Below, piece by piece: positions 1 through 13,989 of a stretch of DNA of 64,000 bases. Source of the DNA: Microthyrium microscopicum (lineage: Eukaryota); assembly GCA_010405405.1 (NCBI GenBank), contig MU004236.1, forward strand, positions 1,990,070 through 2,054,069. The letters run 5' to 3'. Every line of letters starts with the position of its first letter. Position 1 is the first letter of the stretch. A program made the position numbers and the translations under genes. The notes under the pieces are model-generated. The model saw only the letters and a program-made list of their open reading frames with translations, was not told the origin of the DNA and ran no database searches.

Positions 1-368
1 GGGTATGTAAAATCTATCTATCCTCGATTATCGATACTATTCAAGTCTACTCTGGAAGCATCATAGCCATCACAGGGCTAGCTTCGAACCTTGGGATTCA
101 ACAAATCCATTCGTAGTGCAGGAAACAAGACGAGTTGCCACGTTCCTACGCCACCGGATATTCATAGAATCTTCAACATTGTCGTGGGTGGCAAACAGAG
201 CATTTAGCAAGGTGTATTTTTAACGAAGGCCCGCAATCCATGGCAGTATACAATCCATTAGCGATCCTCGTGGACTGTAACATTCAAAGTTCGGCTTCGC
301 ACTCGTGCAGTCAAGTCAAGACAACTCAAAAGACTCTGCAGCTAAACAAGAAAGCCTACTTCAAACGA

Positions 369-2929
369 CTAAGGGCGAGGGAATGGCGCACCATAATAAT
401 GGGCTTGAGGCATGGCAGTTCCGGCAGGCGAAGCAGAACCATGAGGACTACCCGCATTGGCATTTGGAGGATTGGCCGAACGTGCAGGGAAGGGTGGAGC
501 TTGAGGCATGACACCATTATTTGCTCGCTGGAAGGAAACTCCATTGTGCGGAACTTGAGATGTGGCAGCACCTAGAGGTAAAGCCAAGTTTTGTAGCATC
601 GGGTTATGAGTTGCAGCCTGACGAACTGCGACTCCGGACTGCTGTGCTTGTCGAACTCCAGCAATATTTTGAGCTTGGGAATTCGCGAGACCGAAAGTTC
701 GAGTTTGAGGGATCGCTTGGCCGCGAGGCCGAACTGAAAGCAGAGATACGCCAGCACCAGAAGCTGCCAGTCGTTCAGTGAGAACACTAATTTGGCCTAA
801 TTTCGGATGGGCAGAGCTGGCGAACTGAAATTGAGGATTGAAATGTCCAGTAGGTAGACTCAGATCACGGATACCGAAGGAAACAGGACCTTGAGCATTG
901 GCTGAGGTAACAGATTCTTGAGCATTGAGTGAAGAGGTGGCCTGTGTGGTTTGTTGAAGACATGGCATTCGTGCCAATGCTCTCAATCTGAAGCGATGAC
1001 CACGATGGCTAACTGATTGAATCTCATACTCCAATTGTCGTTGAGATGCTAGGGTCATAATCAGCTCGAGCTGTTCGATGTCTTTGACTACGCCAGATCC
1101 GGAATGTGCCAATTGTCGAGCACGATTCCAAACATCATTTTGAGAATAGCAGCCAAGGAAAAAGCGCGTATCGCTAACCTGATCGTCTATATCTTCCAGC
1201 ATTGACTGGACGAATTTCTGGTAGGCCACTTCCACTCCTGTCAAATCATAGTTTCTCACGATCTGTGGAAGTTTTTGTGGTCCCTTGATCACTGTTGCGC
1301 GAAAGTCAAAATATTCCGTCAGAGGTCCGAATGGTTCTTGACTGTCTGGAGAATATATCAAGGGGTATCGATAACGAGGCCGGGATCCTTGAATACGCAG
1401 TATCTACAAGGAGTTAGAAAATCGACTTCAAGAAGATAGGAAAAGCGTGAAGATCCAGGTAGAACACTTACCTTGGAGTGAAGCTTTGGTAGAGTCACAA
1501 AGAGAACAAAGTCGTTCTCTGTGAATTGTTTGGTGGCTTTGTCGGTGGCAATGTATGGCACAAATATACCAAATGGTAATAACATGTTGCCATGTAGGTC
1601 GAGGTGCTGAAATTTGATATATGTCGGATCGATTGCGCGTCGGAACTTTAACACATCAATAAGTTCTGACTGATGCTTTGCTAACTGCTCGATGCTGCAT
1701 GTTCTTCGGAATGAGCGATGCTGGGTGATAAAGGAAATCGAGACCCCTGTGAATTGGCATTGCGCAACGAATGCACGACTTAGAGCTCGTAGACCCTCAA
1801 GCAGGGAGTAGAATTCGACGTCCCAAGCTATGTCCAGGGATGGGGTATAGTTGACCAGCTTGACCATCAGGTTAACATGACGTGCTTGTGTCATTGCATA
1901 AGGCAGCGTCATCGTTGAATCAGAATAAATAGCCGCGCGCCGAAGATCCTGTTGAGCTATGTCTACCGGAAAGCTATACATGTTACCACAAAACCGGAAG
2001 CCATAGCTGTCAATAAGAATCTCGAAAGGGCGTGCTGCTGTTTGATACAGAAGTACCTCCACCTTGAACATGTCAGCATCACTATAGTAGCATGGAACGA
2101 ATGAACTTACATCGGCCTTGAATTGGCGGCTTACTAGCAACATAGCAAAGAGGTTGCATTCCTTTTGTGCTAACGGCATAACCAGGTATTGATAGCCATT
2201 CTTTGGGGATCGTAAACTAGCCTTCTTTTCGTGAGCAGTGATAGGGCGGTCTGGAAGATTCATAGAAAGGATGAGCTGGCGTATCTCCGTAGGCAAGCAT
2301 GAGAAGCGATCTGGACAGGCCTCCTGAGAACTGAGATCGAAAACTTTATGGTCAGGACAGATTTCGAAATGATGTGGATCCCAATGGAAGATCTTGTTGC
2401 ACGCTTGTCCGTTATCGACATATTTGCAATGACCCGCGAGAAGCTTGACGTGGGAGTGGCTTTGACACACCGGCAGGTAAATGCCGCTTCGAGACTTTTT
2501 GGGGGCGTTTGTGCAAGGTAGACCCTTTACCATATGATAGGCATGGCACTTTTGTGGATGGTAGTCGGGTAGAGGTAGACGAACGCGGGAAGGGAACCAA
2601 TTAGACTTCCGCACTTCTGCGATATTCAGGGCATTGGAGATGATGTGGAGCTTTTGAAGACGTGCGATGTTGTTGTTTAGCTTAACTCGTGCATCTCGAT
2701 CCATTCGATCTCGAGCCTGCGATATCAGCGCCATATGAAGGTGAACGAGAGTAAGAGGCATGGCGATAATTGCTGGTGTGGTAGTATTGGTCAATGAGCT
2801 TGATGCATCTGCCATGACAACATCCGTCGACTCTCTAGGCCCGGTAGAATTGCTTAGACTGCCAGTCATGAGGGCATTAGCGAGTTCACGAACACCGTCA
2901 GGCTGGTCCGCAACATTGGCCATGGCCAT
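369..2929 (-). CDS. Fungal protein with Cys/His-rich (zinc-finger-like) region followed by an F-box-like motif and a Gln/Ala/Pro-rich C-terminal tail; 3 exons
   Basis: ORFs 1358..3106 and 369..1361 join in frame through intron 1404..1471 (GTAAGT..CTAAC..TAG). An in-frame 48-nt intron is predicted at 2063..2110 (GTAAGT..GCTGAC..AAG). Likely ATG at 2929. Motifs CHAYH..C..YLPVCQSH..AGHCKY..CNKIFHW..ICPDH, then DRFSCLPTEIRQLILSMNLP (F-box-like LPxEIxxxI). Confidence 0.75.
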
Positions 2930-4324
2930 GAGTTGGTCGTCAGAACAGACAGTGTCTGCTACACGATATGAGGGGAAAAAGATTGTGATTATTGAAATCG
3001 TCGTTGAAGTGCTGAAATGATGAATCGGTTGGTGGGATAAGCGGTGGGTGGAAGGGAAAAAGTAATTGATTGTCGAAAAACCCCGAAGGTTTAAGTACCA
3101 ATTCATGGGGACTCGAAGGACCAGTTACTGAGGGAACTAGTTCAAGATAGTCTAGATCAACGGGGTTCTATGGCAGGGAAAATGGCGATGGGCAGGCACA
3201 GTCGATTTGATAGAGGCGTGCCAGAGGCAGGAAAGGTGAAATTGACGAGACGGAGGTAGTAATCCCAGCGATGAGATCGCCATGGCTTCAGATCCTCGCA
3301 GCTAGAGGCTGAAAATGGTAATGGTGGGCAAGAGCCAACGATCTGGACGAACGGGGATGCGAGCTAGCATGAAGAGGAATTTCACCGGTGAAGATTTGCT
3401 TAGAGATATCGTTACTGGTTGTTTGCGACGAGGGTATGGCGCTCAGTACGCGGAGAAAGGTAGAATGATCACTGGCAGCATGAAAGTTCATCCCTTCATT
3501 GGAGGTAAGCTGAAGTGAGTAGACAGAGGCAGAGCAAAGCGGTCATTCGCGCGGATACTCGCTTGAAATCTCGGCGCATTCATTATATTCTCCAGATAAA
3601 CAAAGCAAACCCCACGCGCGTGGCGAAGTTGTCTATGAAAGATTGATTGTTTCTGCGTTTGGCATAGTTCTACCACTTTTAGAGAAGGGGTCGGGGACTA
3701 CCAAACCATAAGTGTATTGAGAGTAGTATCAGGATCTGGATGACCCTTTTTATGTTTGTGCGTCCACAAATCTAATTCAAGATACAGCATACCTTGAGGA
3801 ATCATTATTGACTCCTATAAGCCATGTGAGAGTGTGTATGACTTGAAGCCAGATTAGAATCCTTCCAGTGAGCCTTGAAGTATATGTGAACATGGTTACC
3901 TCAGGTCAATCGCGAGAGATACGAAACTCTTGTGTTGCGTGTCCAATCGAGGTTTATGAATTGAAGAGTGTCAACCTCAAAAGAAGATGTTGTGCGGGCA
4001 TTGGACATGCTGTGTTGTGTCATTGATCGAAAAAGGGCAAAGTTCTTAGTCTCTATGGTGTTCGTACCAGACTAAAACAAGATGAAGGTAGCAAACGAAG
4101 AGAACAGAGGCAGACCAGGACTGTCTTCTTTGCACGCTTCATACTCAAGTGTTGGTTAGATGTGTCAAAGCCAACCATGTGTTACCTCGTAGGTACTTTG
4201 GATAAAACAGCTTAAGATATAAACCTCAACTTTCCTGTTTCCAGAACATCACTTTTCATACTCCCATTAAATTGGCGGTTGATTCGACTTTGCAGTTCTG
4301 GAAGCTGGATGGTTTTTGACTATA

Positions 4325-5818
4325 ATGTCCAAGCGAGCAGCGCCCAAATACACCACAGTACAGCTGAAGATAATCGAGGAAGCTACCCACATATTCGAGT
4401 TGAGGCGCGACAAACACTTCCCAAAATACGTCGTGCCCCTGCCACTCCGCATTGTCAAAGAAAACAGCTGCAACGCGTGGCACAAAACAAATAATACCTT
4501 CTGCACAAGATCACCGTCCGTGAATACTCGAACTATTGGATATCTCCCAGTTTGTCCCAGCCATATGAATACATACAAGCTGATAGCCGGCCGCTGTCGA
4601 TACACCAATGCTGGAGTGCGTTGTAACAAATTACTCCACTGGGCACCGCCGGAGCCTGAGTTATGCTCCAGTCATAGAGGATGGGATGGACTACCAGATC
4701 GACTGACACAACTGCCTGCAGAGGTCAGGCAGATGATTCTGGGATACATCCTGCCCAACACGACGATATGTGCGTCGAGTATATGGGAAATGGAAATGAG
4801 TTGTCTAAGTGCTGTGCTTCAAGTCAACAAGCAGCTGAATGCCGATGCTACTACGCTACTCTACCTGAATCCATTTGAGTTGGTTATATCCCTAGACGGC
4901 TTCGACTTTTGCGGAAAAAGCTTTGCTTTTCCTCGATCTGGTCCACTCAAGTGTGATCCTCGCCGCTCTTGGCCCAGAGAGTTGACCATACCAGAGCACC
5001 TGTTACGAGTTCGTAAATTGAATCTAACGATTCAGTTTATGGAGTTCCAACTCGGAGACTTTGCATGCTTACTGGAGGGTGTGCGAGCAATGACTCTATT
5101 CCTGAAAGGTTATTGGGACAATTGGAAAAGTTCAGCGAGTTCAGACAGGTCGGACGATCCCGTCCTCAGTGAGATCAATATTTCTTTTATCACTCGAAAC
5201 CGCCCATGGCGCTCCGATCTATATCAAAAGAGCAACAGGACAGATGTCGAACTCAAGCGATACTAAAATAAGGTAATTGCAGCGCTGGAACTGCCCACTA
5301 CTACCACAAACGTCAACTTCACCCACAGCCATCATGAAGAGAATGGCGCCAGTCATAAGACGTGGGAGATTGAAAACTCACGATTTCTCGACGTGAAAAA
5401 AGTCCTAGAAGACAGAGCAGCAAGTTCGCTGAGATCCAGGAGTAGTCTCCAAGTCGCCTTCGAACGCTTTACCACCGTCGCAGCCAGTTTACATGAAAGC
5501 GGATATTTGCCATCTAAGCTGTTCCCTGGCATTGGGAATCCAAAGGACCACTGGCGTCAGGCTCGAGGGCTTACATCTGTGAGCGCAATAGATAGGTTGA
5601 CTCGCAAGGTACTGAAAGCAGCCGAGCTATTGCAGATTGAGGACGTTGCTAAAGCGAAGGTACGGGCGGACCGGTATACCGACACAAAAGCCTGGTTCAT
5701 GGAACAAGCAGATGGGAGGAAACGTACCGAGTTGACAGACTCAGATACGAAAGGCGTGAATGATCAGACGGAGGGCTTGAAACGCAAGAGATCAAGATCG
5801 GATGTATCAGACAATTGA
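4325..5818 (+). pseudogene. Paralog of the 369..2929 gene (Cys/His finger + F-box-like), interrupted by one in-frame TAA at 5264..5266
   Basis: ORFs 4316..5266 and 5393..5818 are in the same frame with only one stop between them (LKRY*NKVIAALEL). Shares CNAWH..C..YLPVCPSH..AGRCRY..CNKLLHW..LCSSH, DRLTQLPAEVRQMIL, FxFCG, LLEGxRA and ISFIT motifs with the neighbour. Confidence 0.65.
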
Positions 5819-6116
5819 CTGGTGAATGCGCACCTCATCGGAGTGAAATCTATAGGCACTGGTCAATCATGCGGTACGTAATGAGTTGTATTTTGGGGTC
5901 AATGATACCAGACTAGGCTAGAAGCATTGTTACAGGGCATAGTAACGTGGAGAAATAAAGGATTCGAAATCCATGTTTTCGAGAACTTCCACTAAAAGTT
6001 GGTGTATTGCGTTCTATATCTAAGTTAGCAGAAACTTAATTCTGATTTACTGTAAGAGACTGAGTTCAGAAAGTGTGATCTCAAATTGCCGTTCGTCCCG
6101 AGAAATGGTTCATCAA

Positions 6117-7750
6117 TCAGTTCCTCGTGGTACCGCCCAACGTCTTCCACATACTAATTAAGGCAGTGCCAAACATCCTTTTACGGTTCGCGATATCATC
6201 ACCTCTGCCTAAGAAAACCGCCACCACCGCAACAGCCAACGTCAAGCCAAATGCAGCCGGTCGTCTCCATCGCCAAGCAGTCTTGCTCACACTCATATAT
6301 AGGGCATGCATACGCGCCTGCCGATCCGCCTGGCGCGTCTGTTCTGCCAGCCAAGCCTCCCCATCCTCAAGGCTCTGAGCAACAACATCAGGCGCGCCAA
6401 CCATAACAGTCTTGAGCGCGCTCTTACTAGACACTGCGCGCCAAGCGCGTCCCAGACTCGACGGTGGATGCCGCTTTAGCAGCACGCACGCGTCCTCGAT
6501 AAGGTCGTCCATGTCCAGCTGGCGATGGGCAGGCAGTTTAGTGAGCGTAACATGCAGCATATCATGATCGCCCGGATCGATATCAAGCAAGTCATCGCGA
6601 CGCGCCCGCACGACAGCGGTGAAGAGGTACAGGGAAGCAGTGGCAGGAGCGGCTAGTATAAAGTCAAAGAGACGGGTGATGTGAGTGTAGCTCTGAACAT
6701 CGTGGGCGTAGAGGGTGAGGAGGGCGGATATAGCCCAAAAGGGGTTTGGGGGGAGGTAGGGGGCTAGTGCAGGGTCGGCTGCGCGCAGGAGCGCAGGCAG
6801 GAGGTGCAGCTGCGTTACTGCACCTGACAGGCTCGGGAGCATGAAATCCCGGATGCGCAGAAGGGAGAGTCTGGCTAGTGCTGGAGGAGAGGATGATGGG
6901 CCGAGGACTAGGAGGAGTACTTGTGCGATGTCATGGTAGCCTTGGAAGTAGGAGAGTGATGGATGAGTCCGTAGAACGGACAAGATTAATGTTGATAGTT
7001 GTCCTCTTAATGTGTCTAGTGGTAGAGAAGACGAATCTGCATGAACCGGAAATTAGTTGGAAAGAGGTAAGATAATTTGGGAGAAATTCGGAGGGGAGAG
7101 AAAACAACGGGTTGTACGAAACCGAGATATCGATAAGAGATCAGGCCAAGATTGGCGCGAATCTAGCTACGATGCGCGGCTTCCAACTGAAAGGCTTGAG
7201 TTATATTAAGGCGGCAGAGCAAGGTGCAGCAGTTTGCAGCATTCAAACTTACCGTTAGGATAATAGACGAATGAACGGTCGACATCAAGCCCAACTTGGG
7301 CTTCGTCTTTATGAGCTGGGAGCGACTTCCATTCTCCGCCCACTTCAGCTCCAACTTCATCGAATTCTGATTCATTTGATGACCTAGAACCCAGCAGAAT
7401 TGGCCCTGTATAAAACAGTCAGATATTGCAAAAATGGTGTGCATGATTAAAAAGGTAGAAAATTCTACGATTGGACATTGAAAAGATGGGTCGGATCGGG
7501 ACTAATTATTACAGGAGGGTAACTTACATGCAGCCTTCCTAAGGTCATCATTTAAAAGTCCACCATTGGAGCTTGCAAGCGCCACCAACAATGAGACATC
7601 TGCATCACCACAGGCGTCGCGAATCTCTTGGGCTTTCGGTGATTCCGGGGTAGCTGGTTGTTGGTCCTCGGCCGGCGATGAATCTACTTTGGGAGTTTGA
7701 TGCTGGGGATCTATGGCAATCTGGGAATGTTTGGGTTGTTGCGGATCCAT
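6117..7750 (-). CDS. GYP8: TBC-domain Rab GTPase-activating protein, Gyp8/TBC1D20-like, with C-terminal hydrophobic anchor; 3 exons
   Basis: Spliced product has GGLLNDDLRKAAW-PILLG, HKDEAQVGLDVDRSF and LSYFQGYHDIAQV, all typical of TBC1D20/Gyp8. Introns 7406..7527 and 7037..7252 have GTAAGT donors and CAG acceptors and restore the frame. Confidence 0.85.
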
Positions 7751-9068
7751 GGTATGGCGCTGGACAGCATGATACCAGTTCGTACCATGTAAAACTGCCA
7801 GCCAAGAGTGGAGAGCAGGACTAGCAGCGCCTAATGGATGAAAAAGACCGAGATGTGTCTTGTTGGAAAGACAAGGCAGCAATTCTTGGAGATTGCAGGA
7901 CTAGGCGGCAGAATGCAGTGATGATTTGTGGGAGTTTACATGAAGGGTGAGCACAAAGAAGATAGTAAAGAGAGAGAAAGCGCAAGAACAGTAGTACAGT
8001 TTGATATTGGAAAGACCGTATTGGGGAGAAAGGGTGATGAGACTTGAGTGTGACCTGATCAGATTTGATGCATGGCAATGGATTGACCACTTGTAGTTGG
8101 ATGAGAAAAGAGACACCTTCCATAGCCCCCATTAGCTGACACTAAACTGTTAGCGGCATCAGCAGCCCCATCTCACTCCAGATGCAGACTCCAAGACTCC
8201 AAGAAACCAAGAAACCAACCACAATCACATTACTGCTGCTGTGCTCGACGTCTTTTCCTTTTTACGAGCTTTAGTTTGCATCTGTCCAATCCTACGCGCG
8301 TGAATTGTCACAAATCGTCTTTTCTCGCCTATTTCTCCTCTTATTTTACAACCCGCTACAAATGTGGTTACTCTACGCGAAAGACAACCTTCAATTGTGA
8401 CGAGTCGAGTATCTCTGCTTTAAGGCATATTGCAATTCCAGTCTTAGCCTCCTTTGGCCTCTTTGGCTGCTTCTACTTCAAGTACATTGCTGCAAAAATC
8501 AAGGGCACTCTTGCAGACCCAGTAGCACGGCTTCGTGAGTCGGTCCTGTCAATTCGGCCACTTGTTCGGAGCATGCACCGCTGTCGTACAGTCACCACTC
8601 TTCTCGAATTCTTCCAATTTGAGCTTACTTGGTCGAGTTCGTACTCGTCCTCCTCTCACTTTATAGAGTGATCCATCTGTTGCGCTCAGTTGGCTGACAC
8701 GGATTCCGGGGAAGCAGTGTCTCGAGACATACCCTCCTTGGTATCTCTTCCGGGCATCACTGGGAACATACAGTTGCATATTGTCAACTATCTTGTCTAA
8801 GCCCCGGTTCTTTTCTCCGCCACTATCCTTAGAGACCTATAACATGGTTTTGAACTAGTATTGACATATGCGCATACAATCAACCTGATTGCGCAGCTAC
8901 AAGGTTGACTTGTTCTATTCGTGTTCCACAATGCGCAATAGCGTTGCATTTGCGAATCCAACAAGTACAGAACGTCTACCACTATCATTTAGCCCATCCT
9001 GCTGCGATTGAAGCAGACATCTCGAATTCGTCCGGCGCCTTGAGCTCAATTTTCTTTTGTCTATTCCA

Positions 9069-12000
9069 ATGGATGGACAGGTTCCTTCTGGACGTCTAGG
9101 TCGAATTTCCATTCAGGACATCATCAACCAACCTAGTCGCTCAAATGTCTCCAAGACCTTCCCTCGCATTGGTCTTTTTCACAGGACACTGGTGAATAGT
9201 CCGTGTACCCGACAGATACTTACCGCAAGGATCCGCCATCGTCACCTCAACGATCTCATATTTGTTGGCGAAAACTTTATAACTATAAAGACCGTAGATC
9301 CATCAGATACCACTCCCCGTCTCGTAACGGTTGGAACCAAAAACGATTTTCGTTCCAGAATCCGAGCTGCCGCCATAATTGGTGAACAATATGTGCCAAA
9401 ACAGGGCCTGGCCACGAAAGTTACGGCACCATTAGACGATGTCTTTCCACCGAACATTTTGATTCTGTCTCTAGAAAACTCAGAGATTCTATTTCTCGTG
9501 GCCGACAAGAAACTTGAGAATGGTAATCTACAATTTTATCAAAGCTGTGTGTATGGAACTCCCGTGCGCAATACCCTTTTCAACGAGCCTGGGGCTTACA
9601 TTGCTGTCGATAACCGATGCAATGTCATTGCTGTTGCTGCGCTCGGTGGCCTTGTAGAAATTGTGCTATTGAAAAGCTGGGCTGAAATTGCTGAAGAGTT
9701 TCAAAGAAACAGGAAGAACTGGTGCGCAGTCAGACGGTCTCGTTCTCTTTCAGATACTCCCTTGAATGGAACAATTCTGAAAATAGCTTTCCTCAACTCA
9801 GGGGAGAAAGATGAGAACGGTTCTCTACTTGCGGTTGTCCAGCGAGTTAGGGACCACACTCGACTTTCTTGCTGGCAAGGAGACCTCTTCGTTGGTCCGC
9901 AAACGGCACATCCGTTTCTCATTGAATTTCCCCTGGAGTCTAAACTTCCTACACAAGGCTTCAAAAATGGTCAGTACTCTGCCCTTGTGAGATACATTGA
10001 TTGACTCTTCTAGGGATATCGTGCCCAGATTTGATGATTCCTTATGAATGTTCTCCTCGCTTTATATTAGCATGCTCCAGTACTCTTCATATCTTCAAAA
10101 TCGAAGCCGGCGAGGTGAAGCACGAATTTGTAGAAACTCATCCTGAGCATGACGAGCAATTCAAACCACGACATCCAGAGACTTACGAGATATTTCCCGC
10201 TTTCACCTCATATTCTCATTGTTTCAGAGCGGCTTCTGCCAAGAGAAAGAAAGCGGAATTCCACTTACTTCGAGAAGACGGGTTTTTGGTTTCCGTACAA
10301 GATTTAAAAAGTAACGGACGAGCAGGAATAACACTAACACGCTGTGCAGAGTTCGCCTGCAAAGGATCTACTGCCGTCAGCGACTTTCTCACCACCGGAT
10401 ATCTGATTGATCCAGATAGTGTCATCGTTGGAGGATGCTTGAGTGATGGCCGTTCAATGAGTGTCGGGGGGTATGAAGTCCCATCAGGGTCAAATGTTCT
10501 CAACCGTGGAGACGCCATGACTGCCAAAACTATTCAGTCGTTTCCAAACTGGGCCCCGATTCTGGATCTTCAATTCACTCAAGCACAGCCAGCAAATATC
10601 GCCACGGAAACGAGCCTCTACGTAACATCTGGTCAGCAACCATATGGATGTTTGACCGAGATGGTATTCGGGGTTAAAGGAGCAGTTGAGATAGTTATCC
10701 CACTACCAGGCATTGCTGACGCCGGAACCGCTACAGCGATGTGGATAGTGAAAAATTGGTCGAAGACCGAAGGGAAACTCTACTTCATTTCTTATGCATC
10801 TACGACACTCTTACTATACGGACCGTTGGATGCCCTATCTATTACGGATCTGGATGAGGAGACCATCGGTATAGCACAAGAAGAGGACGTTATCCTGCGC
10901 GTGACACATCGAAGCCTCTCTGTATACAAAGCAGATGTCATATGTGCAAAACCCGAGGATATCTATCACTCGGCCAGTCTTTCGTTCAACGACGCATCTC
11001 ACATCACTGCTGCTTCGGCGATTCCAGGAACCATTCAAGTCATAGTGGCTATCACAGACGAAGATCAACACAACAGACTGGCGTTGTACATGGTCCGAGA
11101 GAAAGCTAGCGATGACCGGCACGCCGATTACGCAATTGAACTTGTTGGTCATGAGCTCAAGAATCTGGGATATACGCCAACTTCTACGACAGTCTTTTTG
11201 TTCAATAACAGGTATTTTGCTGCCATTGGTTCCACCAATGCCTCAGTACACATCGTCTCCATCGATCATGAAACGGGCTTGGCCTCAATTGGCTCTCATA
11301 GTTTCTCTACTATCAATTCCACACAACAAGCCAGAGCAATTCAGTCCGTCGGTATCCTCAGGGATGAGCACAGAGGCACTTACACTATTCTTTGTGGCTG
11401 TCGTGGAGGCAACCTATATACAATTTCGCTCCGTCCAAGTTCTGACCTCGATGATAGTCCACTCCTCGATACCAGTACCTCGCATTCCCTTTCAATCGGT
11501 ATACACCCCGTCACTGTGTATTCAGATCTCTCCATCAACCATCAACCACACGCAGCATATCTTTCATGTTCTTGGAAGACTGTCCGAGTCACTGCCGATG
11601 AAAGCACATACGGCCCAATCAAGCTTGACAACCTATGGCACATCAAAGATGGTGCAGACCAAACTCCCATCAAACAGCCACAGTACCCAGTCATTGGATT
11701 CCCATCAGACCTTCAAACGCCAGAACTCTCTAGGATCTTCACCACTTGCGACGAAGGCATCTTCCTATCTTCAATCGTGAAATCCGGTACCCAAGCCCTA
11801 GAAATCCCGCGCAAAATACCACTATCAGTGCAACTGAGCGACCCAGCCGTGAAATTAGAACCAGGAGAACAGCCCGAGATTGAGGAAGGTGGCTCGCCTT
11901 CCGCTTTACTCTATATCTCTCGACTAAACACAATGTTGGTGGCATCAATTCGAAAGGAAGTGGTTTCTTCTCCACCAAATTCAACAAATACACGACGACT

Positions 12001-13683
12001 CTGGAGACATGCCCTTCAATACGTGCCCCTGGACGAGTCTTCACGTACTGGAGACGACAACTTATCGGAGCATTCGTTTTATCTGAATACTGAGGATCGC
12101 ACCGTGCTGCCTTTGGGTACGTTTGAGCGAGTCTTATGCATGTGCGAATGGAGCTACAAACTGGATAACGAGCCATTTTCACCTGTAACACATCAAATAC
12201 TCGTTTCAACGAGCGTCAAAGAGGCCAATGGTCGAAGTGGAAAGCTATACTTTCTTCATGCCAGCAGACACAAAGGCGGCCGTGGCATTGAAACTACTAT
12301 TCAGAAGGTAAAGACTGTTCGGAAGCCGTTTAAAGCTATGGTTGCTTATAGTGAGAGCAAACTGGCTGTATTGGACAAGGATGAACTGTCGATATACAGT
12401 CTAAATAAAGATGAACACGGGTAAGTTGACTCTCGCTCAATCATGCATGGCTCAGTCATGCGTGGTGATAACATTCTTCATACCCATTTACGTAAGGCTA
12501 ACTTATTTTCAGTGCCATAAAATGGAACCGTTGTGCTGCTATTTCACTACAAGACATCCCAAGGACAATCACAGCGAAAGCTCCAAACCTATACGTAACT
12601 ACCGCTACCAAGTCAATCATGGTATACACATACATTGAAGACACGACTATAGCTGGTAGACCATCCGGAAAGCTAATCAAAGCCTTTGGTGATGAGATGG
12701 GTCGGCCCACAGCCGCTCACCTTGTACTTCCCCTGAACAACACCACAAATTTCTCTCTCTCACATTCACAGCAGCCTCTATCACAGCAGCCATCACTCGC
12801 ATCGGCTTCCATAATCCTCCTCGCCTCCGACGACTCAACCCTCGCCATCATCGACCATCCACCCACACCAGCAAGCGATCATCCTATCCTTCCCCTCGGC
12901 GCCACCACCCTCCTGAAGACAGACGTTCCCCAACCTATCTCCAAACTCGCCATCGCCACCAACCGCCCTCCCTGGCTGCTAGACTCGGCGAATCCACCAG
13001 GTATACTAGGGCCTGACATCTTAGGTACCAGTCCAGACGGCGCATTACGACATATGCGTGTTCTCTCTGCGCCGGCTACGCATTTGCTGCAATTCCTGGC
13101 TGGTCTTTTAGCATATACGCAAATCGGCTACCGTGCCGAATCCTCACTAGACCAAGGGCCAGATGTGAACCTTGGCAGCAGAGAGCAGATACTTGACGCA
13201 CCAACCATAGACCCAGCGCACCAAATCTTGAATGAAAGCTTAGCGACCGAATACGCTGATCCCACATCCACGGGCGCGGGTTTGGCAACAGCAATGACTC
13301 TACCCACACGCACCGACCGCGCCATCGACGGCGACACGCTGGCATGGCTACGCCATGTCGATGGACCAGCTAAATTACGCGAGATGCTAACGCAATTGAC
13401 GTGGGAAGTGCTCGTGGCTGGTACTGCAAAATATGAGGTGACAATGACGGCGAATCGAGTGCTTAATAGCCGGGAAAAGCGAATGGGAAGGTTTATAGCA
13501 CTGGTGAATTTAGTGCTAGGTCCACCCGCCGAGCGAAGACACGGAGCGCAGAGAAACGGGGACGCGAGTGCAGGTGCAGATGAGATGGAAGTAGATCTCG
13601 GAGGAGAAGTGTCGGCTAGGGAATTAGAGGAAGCGATTGAGCGGTGCGTCAAGTGGTTCAGGATGCTCTGGGAGGTTGTCTAA
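9069..13683 (+). CDS. Mms1/DDB1/Rse1-superfamily multi-beta-propeller protein (MMS1_N type); 3 exons
   Basis: ORFs 9057..10004, 10001..12424 and 12619..13683 join in frame through introns 9970..10013 (GTCAGT..TAG) and 12421..12512 (GTAAGT..CTAAC..CAG). Motifs ARIR..NDLIFVGENF, GAYIAVD, FPNWAPILD and LYVTSGQQPYGCLTEM match fungal Mms1-like proteins. Confidence 0.78.
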
Positions 13684-13989
13684 AATTTACGAAAGTGTCA
13701 TGAATAATGGGTTAGAGGATTTGCATGGAGGACAAAGCATGATTCAGTACGGTGGGCATATACACGGGTGAATTGAATGGCCAGGCATGAAGGGCATAAA
13801 AAGCATATGTATGTTCAGGGTATATGGGTATGTTATAATACAATGCGCTCCCGTATGTTCACAGCGTGGCCTCCTCTACTATAAACAAACATCTTCTTTA
13901 CAAAATCGCTGGATGTAATCATTCCTCCTATGCGACGAAGCGGATAAACCTTGGAGCAGAAACGGCACCCGCCCGAAGTAGGGGCTCGC

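Noticed and set aside
7821..9112. Short ORFs between the TBC and Mms1-like genes
   Set aside because: Mostly non-ATG starts with no recognisable motifs. More likely divergent promoter/UTR sequence.
11112..13652. 222-aa, 156-aa and 174-aa overlapping or antisense ORFs inside the Mms1-like gene
   Set aside because: Alternative-frame or antisense shadows of a well-supported CDS.
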